Under the pieces are notes generated by a model. It was not told the DNA's origin. It was given only the letters and a program-made list of their open reading frames with translations, and searched no databases. From Candidatus Eiseniibacteriota bacterium (GTDB lineage Bacteria; Eisenbacteria; RBG-16-71-46; CAIMUX01; VGJL01): a DNA stretch of 64,000 nt. The stretch covers positions 480,001-544,000 of the forward strand of contig CAWBWI010000001.1 in the NCBI GenBank assembly GCA_963792585.1, in the 5' to 3' direction. A program made the translations under genes and the position numbers. Below, piece by piece: positions 20,291 through 33,316 of the stretch (the first letter of the stretch is position 1; the number at the start of each line of letters is the position of its first letter).

Positions 20291-21025
20291 GTGAGGCTGA
20301 ACCGCTTTCTCGCCTTGGCGGGCCTCGGGGCGCGGCGCAAGTGCGAGACGCTCATCCGCGAAGGCCGCATCGAGGTCAACGGCGAGACCGTCGACTCGCT
20401 CGGCGTGCAGGTCGATCCCGATCGCGATCGTATCGAGTGCGACGGAGAACGTCTGCGGCCGCCGCGCGTCCTGCTCTATTCCGTGATGTTCAAGCCGTCC
20501 GGATTCACGGTCACCGCATCCGACGAGCGGGGGCGCCCCACGGTCTACGATCTGCTTCCCGAGCGGCTGCAGGGGAAGCTGCGCGCGGTGGGCAGGCTCG
20601 ATCAGGGGAGCGAGGGACTGCTCCTCTTCACCAACGATGGCGAATTCGCGAACGCCCTGCTGCACCCGCGCTCGCAGGTCGCGCGGACCTACGTCGCATG
20701 GGTCACGCCCCCGCCCGACCGCGAGGCGATGCACAAGCTGCGCACCGGCGTGCCGCTCGGCCGCGGCGAACGCAGCGCTCCGGCGGACGCGCGCGTGATG
20801 GGGTCCAAGGCCGGCACGGCGCGCGTGCGCCTCACCATCCGCGAGGGGAAGAACCGTGAGGTCCGCCGCATGTTCAAGGCGGTCGGCCATCGGGTCCTTG
20901 CCCTGCGCCGGATCGAATTCGGAGGTCTCGGCCTCGGCACCCTCAAGCCGGGACAGGTGCGCGCGCTCCTACCCGCGGAGATCGCGGCACTCCGGAAGGC
21001 GGCCGGCGTCGCGCGGGAGGATTGA
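20291..21025 (+). CDS. rluB: 23S rRNA pseudouridine synthase (RluB/RsuA family)
   Basis: S4 domain RLNRFLA, VGRLD, GLLLFTNDG, EGKNREVRRM. Confidence 0.9.
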   Translation: MRLNRFLALAGLGARRKCETLIREGRIEVNGETVDSLGVQVDPDRDRIECDGERLRPPRVLLYSVMFKPSGFTVTASDERGRPTVYDLLPERLQGKLRAVGRLDQGSEGLLLFTNDGEFANALLHPRSQVARTYVAWVTPPPDREAMHKLRTGVPLGRGERSAPADARVMGSKAGTARVRLTIREGKNREVRRMFKAVGHRVLALRRIEFGGLGLGTLKPGQVRALLPAEIAALRKAAGVARED

Positions 21026-21028
21026 CCG

Positions 21029-22105
21029 GTGGGTCTGGACGATCTCCGGCGCTCGATCGACGATCTCGACGGCCGGATCGTGCGTCTGCTCGCCGACCGG
21101 CTGGAGGTCGCGCGCCGCATCGGCGAGGAAAAGCGCGGCCGGGGGGCCTCATCCTACGATCCCGTCCGCGAACGGCAGGTGCTGGAGCGGCTCGTGCGCG
21201 AAGCCGGCGGGCGGTTTCCCGCCGAGGGGCTGCGGGCGATCTATCGCGAGATCATCTCGGCCAGCCGCGCCCTGGAGACGAATCGTCCCGTCCACTTCCT
21301 GGGCGCCCCCGCGAGCCTCGCCCACCAGGCCGCGCGCGAGCGCTTTGGAGAGTCCGCGAGCCTGGCCCCGTCGAGTTCCGCGGCTGCCATCTTCGATCGA
21401 CTCGGCGCCGGCGAGGTCGAGTATGCGGTCCTGAGCCTCGAAGCGGCGTCCCTCGAATCGCACCTCGATCGACTCGATCTCTTCTTCCACTCGCAGGTCC
21501 AGATCTTTGGCGAGTTCTACGTCTCTCCCCGGATCGCGCTGTACGCTCCTGCGGGCGGATCGACCACGACGGTCCTCGCGCATCCCGCCGCGCTGGTGCG
21601 TTGTTCCCGTTGGGTCGAGGAGGAGGGGGCGACGCGGAAGTTCATTGCGGTCGGCGCCCCCGAAGAAGCGGGCGCCCGCGCCGTGGTGGAGGGTTGCGCC
21701 GCCCTCGGCTATGCCGTCATCGCGGGCCTGCACGACCTTGCGCCCGTAGCGATCGACCTGGAGGACGAGCCGCGCCTGTTCCGGCGATTCCTGATCCTGG
21801 GTATGGGCGACGGCGCGCGCTCCGGGCGGGACAAGACGTCCCTGGTCGCGGTCATTCCCAACAAGCCCGGCGGCCTGGAGAGGGTGGCCGGCGCCCTCGC
21901 GGCGAATGAGGTCAACCTCTGCTGGATCGAGCCCAAGGTAACCGCGATCGGCGCGTGGGATCACATCTTCTTCCTCGACCTGGAGGGGCACCGCTCCGAT
22001 CCGTCCGTCGAGAAAGCTCTCGAGGCGCTGCGCGGATGCACCGACTGGATGAAGGTCCTTGGTTCGTATCCGAGCGAGCGGCCGCCCGGCCGGACATTCG
22101 GATGA
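21029..22105 (+). CDS. pheA: chorismate mutase / prephenate dehydratase-like protein (PDT motifs degenerate)
   Basis: AroQ CM domain LRRSIDDLD...YDPVRE; PDT fold; ACT domain ...FFLDLEGH...VLGSYP. Confidence 0.85.
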   Translation: MGLDDLRRSIDDLDGRIVRLLADRLEVARRIGEEKRGRGASSYDPVRERQVLERLVREAGGRFPAEGLRAIYREIISASRALETNRPVHFLGAPASLAHQAARERFGESASLAPSSSAAAIFDRLGAGEVEYAVLSLEAASLESHLDRLDLFFHSQVQIFGEFYVSPRIALYAPAGGSTTTVLAHPAALVRCSRWVEEEGATRKFIAVGAPEEAGARAVVEGCAALGYAVIAGLHDLAPVAIDLEDEPRLFRRFLILGMGDGARSGRDKTSLVAVIPNKPGGLERVAGALAANEVNLCWIEPKVTAIGAWDHIFFLDLEGHRSDPSVEKALEALRGCTDWMKVLGSYPSERPPGRTFG

Positions 22106-23410
22106 GCGCCGGGGCCGGCCCGCCCATCGTTGCGCGTCCCTGCGGCGCCCTTCGCGGCAACCTGCGTCCGATCGGCGACAAGTCGCTCACGCACCGCTCC
22201 CTGATCCTCGCCGCCCTCGCGAGCGGGCGATCGGTCATCCGGGGGGCGAACCCGGGAGAGGACTGCGCGGCCACCGCCGGCGCCCTGGCGCGCCTCGGCG
22301 CCGGCGTCCGGGGCGCCCGTGACGAATGGGAGATCGAGGGGGTCCGGGCCCTGCGCGACGCGGACGACGTGATCGATTGCGGAAACGCGGGCACGGGGAT
22401 CCGGCTCTTGACGGGCCTGGTCGCGGGACAATCGGTCTATGCCGTGCTCACCGGGGATTCCTCGCTGCGCGGCCGGCCGATGAAGAGGATCGCCGAGCCG
22501 CTGCGCGCGATGGGCGCGGAGATCTGGCTACGGGAGGACTCCTTCCCGCCGATCGCGGTGCGCGGCGCGCCGCCGAGGCCGATTCACTACACGATGCCCG
22601 TGGCCAGCGCACAGGTGAAAGGCTCGATTCTCCTCGCCGGGCTCGGCCTGCGGGAGGGGGAGATCGCGATCGACGAGCCGGGTCCCAGCCGAGATCACAC
22701 GGAGCGTCTCCTGGCGTGGCTGGGCTATCCGATCCGCACCGCGGGCGCATGCGTCACCATGACCGGCTCCACGAAAGGCCACGATGCGTTTTCCTGGACG
22801 GTTCCCGCGGACATCTCCGCGGCGGCGTTCTGATCTCGTGGCCGGTTCGATCACCGCGCGCGCGGATCTTCTCCTGGAGGGTGTCCTGCTGAATCCGACG
22901 CGGACCGGCGTGATCGACGTTCTCCGCTCGATGGGAGCCGCAATCGACGTCGAGCCTTCCGACGATGCCGGCCCGGAACCGACCGGGAGTCTTCGCGTGC
23001 GCGCATCGGCGCTCCACGGCGTCACGGTCGCGGGTTCGCTCACGATCCGCGCGCTCGACGAGGTACCGATCCTCGCGGTCGCGGCCGTCGCGGCGGAAGG
23101 GGAGACGGTGATCCGCGACGCGCGCGAGCTGCGCGTCAAGGAATCGGACCGAATCGAGTCCACCGCCGCGCTCGCCCGTGCACTGGGAGCGACGGTGGAG
23201 ACGGGGCCCGATTGGATCGCGATTCGCGGCTGCGGCGGCATTCGCGGCGGCCGCGTCGAGACATGCGGGGATCACCGCATCGCGATGAGCGCGTTGGTGG
23301 CGGGGTGCGCATCGCGCGAAGGGGTCGTGATCGACTGCGGCGACTCGATCGCGACATCGGATCCGTCGTTTCTCGAGGGATTGGCGCGTCTTGGGGCGGA
23401 ATTCTCGTGA
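22102..23410 (+). CDS. aroA: EPSP synthase (frameshift near 22830)
   Basis: GDKSLTHR, CGNAGT, SAQVK, RDHTE, LRVKESDRI, GDHRIAM. Confidence 0.95.
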
Positions 23411-24698
23411 AACGCCATCCGATCCTCGCGATCGACGGCCCAGCGGGGACCGGCAAGACGACGAGCGCTTCCGAGGTCGCCCGCAGGCTCGGCTTCACCT
23501 ACATCGACTCGGGCGCCCTCTATCGGGCGATCGCCGTCGCGGCGATCGAGCGGGGGATCGTCGACGCCGATTCTCCGGAGTGGGGAGCGCTCCTCGCCGA
23601 TCTGCCGGTGCGCGCGCGCCTCTCCGCGGAGAGGTTTCGCGTCTATCTGGGGGAAAGGGAGATCACCGGCGAGCTCCGTTCGCCCGAGGTCAGCTCCCTC
23701 GCCTCGAAGATCGCGATCCGCTCGGACGTGCGCGGTCGGGTAGGGACCTGGCTGCGCGAACTGGCGAGGCAGGGCCCGGCGGTGATCGAGGGGCGCGACA
23801 TCGGAACCGCCGTATTCCCCGACGCCGAGATGAAGGTCTTCCTCACCGCGAGCCTGACGGAGCGCGCGCGACGCAGGGCGCTCGAGCTCGCGGCGAAGGG
23901 GCTGCCCTCGAGCGAGGACGACGTGGCCCGCCAGATCGCGGAGCGCGACAGTCGCGACGCCGGGCGCGCCGTGGCCCCGCTCCGGCAAGCCCCCGAGGCG
24001 GTCGCGATCGACACCACGGAGACGGACATCGACGGCCAGGTCCGGAAGATCCTCGTGGCCTGGGACGAACGGGTCGCCCCGCGAATCCGTATCCCCTACG
24101 CCTTCGAGCAGTTCCTATTCCGCTCCATCGCTCGGGTCCTCTGGGGACTGCGGATCGAGGGGGCGGAGAACGTGCCGCGCCATGGGGCGGTGATCATCGC
24201 GTCGAACCACAAATCGTACTTCGATCCGCTCCTCGTCGGGGGCGCCTGCCGGCGCGAGATCCACTACATGGCGAAGAAGGAGCTGTTCGCCACGCGCTTG
24301 GGAAGGTGGTGGATGCGCTCGAGCAACGCGATCCCGGTCGCGCGCTCGGGTTTCGACAAGAACGCCATCGAGTCGGCCCTCGCCGCGCTTCGAGGGGGGG
24401 CCGCGCTGCTGGTCTTCCCCGAGGGGACCCGGATCCGGCGCAAGGGGTTGGGGCCCGCGCGGGAGGGGATCGCCCTTCTGGCCGCGCGGGGGAACGTTCC
24501 GATCGTCCCGGTGCACCTGAAGGGGACCTGGTCGGAGGAGCGGAAGATGTTTCCCGGAGCGGGATCCGGGTCCGCTTCGGCAGACCTTTCCGGCTCGATC
24601 CGGTGCCGCCTGGCAAGGCGGGCAGGGACCGCTTTCCGGAAGTAGCGACGCGGATCATGGCCGAGATCGCGGCGACGGGGGGCGAGGAATCCGCTTGA
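23407..24698 (+). CDS. cmk: cytidylate kinase fused to 1-acyl-glycerol-3-phosphate acyltransferase (frameshift near 24555)
   Basis: IDGPAGTGKT, EGRDIGT; in frame with NHKSYFD and FPEGTR. Confidence 0.9.
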
Positions 24699-24724
24699 GC
24701 CCTGGGCCCGGTATCCTCTAGCAT
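24695..24724 (+). promoter_or_regulatory. possible sigma70 promoter for rpsA
   Basis: TTGAGC-N18-TAGCAT; strong SD TAAGGAGG at about 24784. Confidence 0.35.
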
Positions 24725-24800
24725 CTCATCCTTGTAGCCGGTCCCGGATTGGCTATACGGCCTTGCGCCGGATTCTATCCCCTAAGGAGGTCAGAGTTTC

Positions 24801-26617
<1,817 letters not shown>

Positions 26618-26777
26618 ACCCGTCGAGTAAGAGTCCCGACCCGGAGCGCCGTAGATCGGGGGCGCGCGTTCGCAATCGGGCCGCGCCGCCCGTGCGGGCT
26701 TGAATCCGCTCTTGCGGCTCTCGAGCGCGGGCGATCCTAAGATGGGGCGGCTTCGACAAGGCCGGGGAGGTGAACCG

Positions 26778-27134
26778 GTGTCCTTCGTCAAGCTCCTGCT
26801 GGGGATCGTCTTCATGAGCGGCGATCTTGTTCTTCGCCGTTCTCAATCTCGAGGAGACGGTCGACGTGCAGCTCTGGGCCGATGTCGGCCCACACCTACC
26901 GCGACGTTCCGTTCGTCGTGGCGATGTTCTGTGCCTATCTCCTGGGAATCGTGACCTACTTCGTGATCACCGTCGCGCGCGACATCCGCGCGCGCGACGG
27001 AGGTGCTGACAGCTCCAGACGGAGAACCGGTCGCTCCTGGACGAGGTCCATCAACTTGCGCGGTTCCGTTCTCGACGATCTTCCACCGTCGAAGATCGCG
27101 GGCTTCCGAGGCTCCCGAAGGACGGACCGAGTGA
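26778..27134 (+). CDS. LapA-family membrane protein (frameshifted)
   Basis: Two TM segments, FFAVLNLEETVDV, VPFVVAMF; lies after rpsA and before a lapB-like gene. Confidence 0.65.
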
Positions 27135-28336
27135 ATCTGGGACAGTTCCTCCTGCTGGTCGTCATTCTGGGAACGATCCTCGGCTTCATCGGCGTGCCAT
27201 GGTGGATGTCGAGGCGGCGCGAGACGCCAGCCTACGAACCGGCGCGAGCCTATCTCGCCGCGATCGACGCCCTGATCCGCGGGGACCGACCGGGCGCCAT
27301 TGCGCCGTTGCGGGACCTCGCGCGAAGGACGCCGGCCAACATCCGCGTCTACCTGCGACTCGGGCGACCTCGTGCGCAGGATGGGATACCCGCGAGCGGG
27401 CCTACAGAGCTCCACGCCGATCTGATGGCGCGGACCTCGAGGCGGACCGCCGACCTGCGGAGCGTCTACCGGAGCTGCATCGAGGATCTTCTGATCCTCG
27501 ATCGGCCGGAGGATCTGAGCTCGAATCGCCGAGAAGCTCCTCGCATTCGACCGAAAGGATCCAACCGCTCTGCGCGCGCTGGTGCGCTACCTCGAGCGCG
27601 AGGGCGACTGGGAGCGGGCGCTTTCGAGTTTCTGGACGAGTGGGACGAGGTCGCCCCGGGGGCGACCGTGCCCACGCCCGCGCAGATGCGGATCCACATG
27701 GCGCGGCGTCACCTCGAGTCGGGGCAGCTCCGGGAAGCGGGGAAGCTTCTCGATGAGGCGATCAAGATGGCGGGCGACGGCCGGTCGGCACGCGTCTTCC
27801 TCGGCGACCTGCTACGCCCTCGAGGGAAAGTCGAAAGGCTTGCGCGGAGTGGCTCGCATACGTGCGGGAGAGCGGCTATCGGTCGGCTCAGGTTTTCGCG
27901 CGGCTCGAGAAGGCCTACTTCGAGATGGGTCGTTTCGGGGACCTCGTGCCGGTCTACGAGGGGCTCGCGGGCGGAAAGAGCGGCAAGCCTCCACGCCGCG
28001 GTGGCCCTCGCCGACATGCATCGGCGCCGGGGCCGGATCGCGGAGGCCGTGCGACAGCTCGAGACGGTCGTCGAGCAGCAGGGCGACAACCAGGAAGCAC
28101 GACGCCACCTGATCGGCGGTTTGCTGCAGATCGGTCGCACGGAGCGGCGCTCCGCGAACTCGATATCCTGATGAAGGCGACCGGTCCACGCGGCGAGGTC
28201 GACGGTCTGCTCGGTGTGCGGCGCGCGTGGGAACGACCTCTGGGTTCGCTGTGACCGCTGCAGCGCGTGGCAGGATGCGGCGCAGCCAACACCGCCGCCG
28301 CGACCGCGGATGGTGCCGGCCCCGCCGGCAGACTGA
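27131..28336 (+). CDS. LapB-like TPR protein with C-terminal CxxC...CxxC rubredoxin-like motif (frameshifted)
   Basis: N-terminal TM, TPR helices, CSVCG...WVRCDRCSAW. Confidence 0.7.
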
Positions 28337-29302
28337 TGGAATGGCCGGTACACGCGACCCTTCGGTCCGGCGTCTTGGGCGTCCTGTCTCCTCCTCCTGC
28401 TCTCGCAGCCGGGGATCGCGCAGAAGGAGCATCAGGGGATCTTCCGCGGCCTGATCGACAACCTGACCCCCGACACTCCCGAGCAGATGGAGAGCGAGGC
28501 GGTCGCGACGCGCGACGCTACGGAGGCCCTGAAGCTCTACGGGAGTCTTCTGGCCCGTCACCCCGAGGATCCGGAGGGCGTGCGGGCGGCGATCTGGATC
28601 GGTCTCTACTACTACGGCGCGGGCGACATGAAGACCTCCCTCGAGTACTTCGAGCGAGCCAGAAAGCGGGCGAAGAGCCCCGAGCTTGAATCGCGCGTCG
28701 CGTTCTGGTGCGAGGCCGCTCGACTCGCTGCGGGCGCGGAGCCGTTGCCCGATGACCCACGCGAGGGGCGCAGGAGTGCGTGGGAACTCCTGCGCGAGCT
28801 CGTCCGTGTCGATCGCTCGATTCGGGCGGGACGCCCGGGCGATGCCGAGAACCACCTGCTCTCGCTCGAGGGGGACGCGCGCCGCGGCGGGATGCTGGGG
28901 CTCCTTGCCGCCCGGTGGGGATCGCTGCTTCGCCATGAGCGGGCCGGGCCGCGGCGGACCGGAGAGTCTGCGGCCGCTCGAGCTGGCGACCGGCGGTCTG
29001 CCCGAAGGGATCTACCTCCAGGGGACGGCGGGCTTCCCGGCGCCGACGCCGGCGCCCGCGCCCGAAGAGACCTGGTCGATCCAATTCGGCGCCTTCCTCG
29101 AGGAAGAGAACGCGAAGGAGCAGCGTGAACAACTCGAGCGACAAGGGTTGTGAGGCCCGGATTGACGAGGAGGAGGAAGAGGGGCGTCACTGGTATCGGG
29201 TGCGGATGGGGGAACTCCCGGTCGCGCGCCGCGGCCGAGAGCCTGGCGGCCGGTTCCGCGCAGCAGTCCGGCATTCCGTATCAGATCGTCCGTGTCCGAT
29301 GA
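28336..29302 (+). CDS. TPR + SPOR domain exported protein (frameshifted)
   Basis: TPR-like helices; [14 protein letters not shown]...WYRVRMG SPOR signature. Confidence 0.7.
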
Positions 29303-31924
29303 CCCGTCCGCGCGCGACGACCCCGATGATGGAGCAGTATCTCGGGGTCAAGGCCAAGCACCCCGACACGCTCCTGCTATACCGGATGGGCGACTTCTAC
29401 GAGACCTTCTTCGAGGACGCGGTGACGCTCTCGAGCGAGTCCTCGGAATCACTCTGACCTCGCGCAATGCAGGCGACGCCGGATCCGATCCCTCTCGCCG
29501 GCTTTCCGTGGCACAGCGCCGAGCCGCACATCCAGAAGCTCCTGCAGGCGGGGCTGCGGGTGGCGATCTGCGAGCAGGTCGAGAACCCCGCCGAGGCAAA
29601 GGGGTTGGTCGCCCGCCGGGTGGTCGAGGTCTTGAGCCCCGGCACCGCGGTCACCGATCCGCTCCTCGATCGGGGGACGAAACAACTTCCTGGTGGCCCT
29701 GTGGGGCGAGGATGACGCGATCGGATTGGCCGCAGCGGACATCTCGACGGGATCGTTCCTCGCCGGCGATCTGACGGAAGAGGAAGCCGAGGAGGAACTC
29801 GTCCGGCTCGCGCCGGCCGAGATCCTCGTGCCGGACGGGTGGACCCATCCCCGCCTGGAGACGCTTCCTCCGCGAGCACCTCGGAGACCCGTTCCGCTCT
29901 CGGGGGATGGCTGGCGCTTCGCCCCCGCGCGGGGAGAGACGCTGCTGAAGGAACACTTTCGCGTGGCGACCCTCGAAGGGTACGGGTTCCGAGACCCGAC
30001 GCCTGCGATCGGGGCGGCGGCGGCCCTGCTGGAGTATGCGCGCGACCAGAAGCAGTCGCCATTGTCCCACCTCCGCGGACTCGAGCGACTCCAGCCATCC
30101 GGTTCGCTGATCCTCGACGACGCATCGCTTCGCGGCCTCGAGATCCTCGAGCCGCTCACGGGCGTGCGCGAGACTCGACCCTCCTCTCTGTCCTCGACGC
30201 GACCCGCACGGCGGCCGGGGGGCGGCGCCTGCGTTCCGCCCTCGCGCGACCCTATCGCGACCCGGAGCCCGCGAACGCGCGCCTCGACCGTGTCGGCGCG
30301 CTCGCGGAAGATGCCGCCGCGCGAGACCGGATCGGGCGTGCCCTCGAGGAGATCGCCGACATCGAGCGCATCCTCGCGCGGGTCCACTGCGAGCGGGCGA
30401 CGCCGCGCGACATCGGGGGGCTCCGGCGCACCCTATTGGCAGTGCCGAAGGTCGAGGAGGGATTGGCCGGGTTCGACGCCTGGGCGGGCCCGCGCGCGGC
30501 GCTCGTCGTGGAGCCGCTGGCGTCGGATCTCGAGGCGGCCCTCGTCGAATCGCCCCCGCTGAACCTGGCCGACGGCGGTGTCTTCCGCGACGGCTACGAT
30601 CCCGATCTCGATGCGATCCGGGACGCCGCGCACGGTGGGCGGCGGTGGATGGCGGAGCTGGAAGCGCGGGAGCGCGAGGCGAGCGGGATCGCGAACCTGA
30701 AGGTCGGCTACAACCGGGTCTTCGGTTACTACGATCGAGGTGACCCGTTCGCAGCTCTCGCGGGTGCCCGACCGCTACACCCGCAAGCAGACCCTCTCGA
30801 CCGGGCGAGCGATATCGTGACCCCCGAACTCAAGGAGAGGAGGAGAAGATCCTCGGCGCGGAGGAAGCGCAGCGCAGGCGCGAGAACGGAGCTCTTCCGC
30901 GCCGCTCTGCGGGAGGGTCACCGAGGCGACCGCGATGCTGCAGTCGCTCGCGACGGCGCTCGCCGAGTGCGATCTCGTCTCTCATTCGCCGAGTCCGCCG
31001 CCGCGCGGGGGTATGCGCGGCCCGTCCTGGATCGATCGAGGGCGCTTGCGATCGAGGAGGGACGGCACCCGGTCGTCGAGAAGGCCGTGGGCGTCGGCTC
31101 CTTCGTGCCGAACGACCTCGTCCTCGACGGCGAGGAGCGCCAGGTCGTCATCCTGACCGGGCCGAACATGGCGGGGAAGTCGACCTACTTGCGCCAGATC
31201 GGTCTGATCGTCCTGATGGCGCAGGCCGGCTCCTACGTGCCGGCCCGCGCCGCGCGCATCGGCGTCGTCGATCGGATCTTCACCCGCGTCGGGAGCCCAC
31301 GACGTGATCGCGCGGGGGCAGTCGACGTTCCTGGTGGAGATGATCGAGACGAGCAACATCCTGCGCCACGCGACGGCGGAGAGCCTCGTCCTGATGGACG
31401 AGGTCGGACGGGGGACCTCGACCTACGACGGGCTCTCGATCGCCTGGGCGGTCGCCGAGGCGTTGCGGGGCGATCCCGCGGCGGCGGCCCCGGACCATCT
31501 TCGCGACGCACTACCACGAGATGACGCGGATCGCGGAGCCTGGGAACGGGTATCTCAATCTGAACGTCCTGGTCCGCGAGTGGGGCGACGAGGTGATCTT
31601 CCTCCGGCGCGTGGAAGAGGGGGCGGCCGACCGCAGTTACGGGATCGAGGTGGCGCGGCTGGCCGGGGTCCCGGAGCCGGTGGTGCGGCGGGCCTCCGAA
31701 ATCCTCCGCGACCTGGAGCGAAAGGGGGCGCACGTCATCGAGGTTCACCCGGGAGAGCACGTCCCGGCCGCCTCCCCGCAGCTCTCCCTCTTCGGTTCGG
31801 GGAGGGGGACTGGCTCCTGGCCGAACTCCGCTCGATCGACCCCGATCGGCTCACGCCCCTCGATGCCCTGGAGCGCCTTCACCGCTGGTTCGCGCGCATT
31901 GACGCGAACCGCCCATCGACGTAG
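29299..31924 (+). CDS. mutS: DNA mismatch repair protein MutS (multiple frameshifts)
   Basis: [65 protein letters not shown]. Confidence 0.96.
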
Positions 31925-31945
31925 AGTCAAGGCGAGGTGAAGTCG

Positions 31946-32386
31946 ATGAAACCTCCGATTGCAGCCATCTGCCTTCTCATGCTCGCCACGGGTTGTTCGA
32001 GCTACCGGGTTGTGCCCCGCGGCGACCTTCAGACCGAGGCCGAGTTCAAGAACGTCCGCGTCGCCACGATCGACGGGTTCGAGTACCGCTTCACCCGCAT
32101 TGCGGTACGGGCCGACACCCTCGAGGGCTTCTATCCCTTCACAGTGGAGCGCAGCAACGCGAAGAACGAGATTTGGTACGAGGACGTTCTCCGCCGTCAT
32201 CCGATCGCGCTCGATCGCGTCCAGCGCGTCGAGCTGATCCGCCGCGATCCGGTGAAGACCGCCTTCTACGGGACCACGGTCGCGGCGGCCGGATTCTTCC
32301 TCGTCACCATGGTCGACGAGCCGGACCGCACGAGCAACCGCACCGGTTCGGTCATCAAGAACCCGCCCGGGGGTGGAATCCGATGA
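31946..32386 (+). CDS. hypothetical lipoprotein
   Basis: Lipobox LATGC; C-terminal hydrophobic segment. Confidence 0.7.
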   Translation: MKPPIAAICLLMLATGCSSYRVVPRGDLQTEAEFKNVRVATIDGFEYRFTRIAVRADTLEGFYPFTVERSNAKNEIWYEDVLRRHPIALDRVQRVELIRRDPVKTAFYGTTVAAAGFFLVTMVDEPDRTSNRTGSVIKNPPGGGIR

Positions 32387-32542
32387 CCGAAGGGAAGGCG
32401 CCGGACCCCGAGCGTCTTCCTCGCCTCTCGCTCTTCGACCCGCCATCCGGCGATGCGGGCAATGTCGCGGAGACGGCGGCCCGCGCGCGGGAGTTCCGGG
32501 AACTCTTCCGGCATCGGGCCCTCCTCCGATAGGATGGGGCCC

Positions 32543-33316
32543 ATGAGCGAAACGGCGCCACGCCCTCCCGAAGGCGACTGGTATCGAGACAGCTTCGACG
32601 GGCTCTACCCGATCCTTTATGCGCACCGTGACCACCGGGAGGCGGAGGGGTTGCTCCGTGTGCTTTCCGGGGAGGTCCCCTTCCACGATGGGCGTGTCCT
32701 CGATTTGGGGTGCGGGCCGGGGCGTTTCCTGGCCGCGCTCGCGGCTCGGGGGGCGCACGCCGTCGGGATCGATCTCTCCCTTCAACTCCTGACGCGCGCC
32801 CGCGACGCCTCGCCCCGCTCGCCCCTCGTTCGCGCGGACATGCGGGCGTTGCCCCTGCGCGAAGGATCGTTTCAAACGGCGCTCATGATGTTCACCACCT
32901 TCGGATACTTCGCGCGCGAGCGGGAAGACATGAGCGTTCTCGAAGGGATTGCGCGCGTCCTCGAGCCGGGCGGAACGCTTGTGCTCGATACGATCCATTC
33001 TCAGCACGCGCGGGAACATCTCGTCCATCAATCGGACAGGCTGGTGCAGGGCCTGCAGGTGCTCGAGACACGCTGGATCGATCCGGAAGGACCGTTCCTG
33101 CGCAAGGAGACGCGCGTGGGGCCGATGCAGGACGGGACGATTCGGACCTACCGAGAACGACTCCGACTCTACGAGCCGGCGAGACTCGCCGCGATGCTCG
33201 ATGCGGCCGGGTTCGACGTGCGCGTTCGGTGGGGCGACTACCAGGGCGGGCCCTTCGACGCCGGCAGCTCCTCGCGGCTCTTGCTGATCGCCCAGCGGGG
33301 CGGAGGTTCGCGATGA
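32543..33316 (+). CDS. class I SAM-dependent methyltransferase (NmbA-like candidate)
   Basis: WYRDSF..LY.ILYAHRD, VLDLGCGPG, GIDLS, ADMR, FTTFGYF; overlaps the bshC start. Confidence 0.85.
   Translation: MSETAPRPPEGDWYRDSFDGLYPILYAHRDHREAEGLLRVLSGEVPFHDGRVLDLGCGPGRFLAALAARGAHAVGIDLSLQLLTRARDASPRSPLVRADMRALPLREGSFQTALMMFTTFGYFAREREDMSVLEGIARVLEPGGTLVLDTIHSQHAREHLVHQSDRLVQGLQVLETRWIDPEGPFLRKETRVGPMQDGTIRTYRERLRLYEPARLAAMLDAAGFDVRVRWGDYQGGPFDAGSSSRLLLIAQRGGGSR

Noticed and set aside
29299..31924. mutS as a true pseudogene causing a mutator state
   Set aside because: All motifs are intact across frames and neighbouring essential rpsA is equally broken; sequencing error is simpler
32383..32532. 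49-aa ORF overlapping the lipoprotein stop
   Set aside because: No recognisable features, and the region contains the promoter candidate for the methyltransferase; cannot be supported as coding
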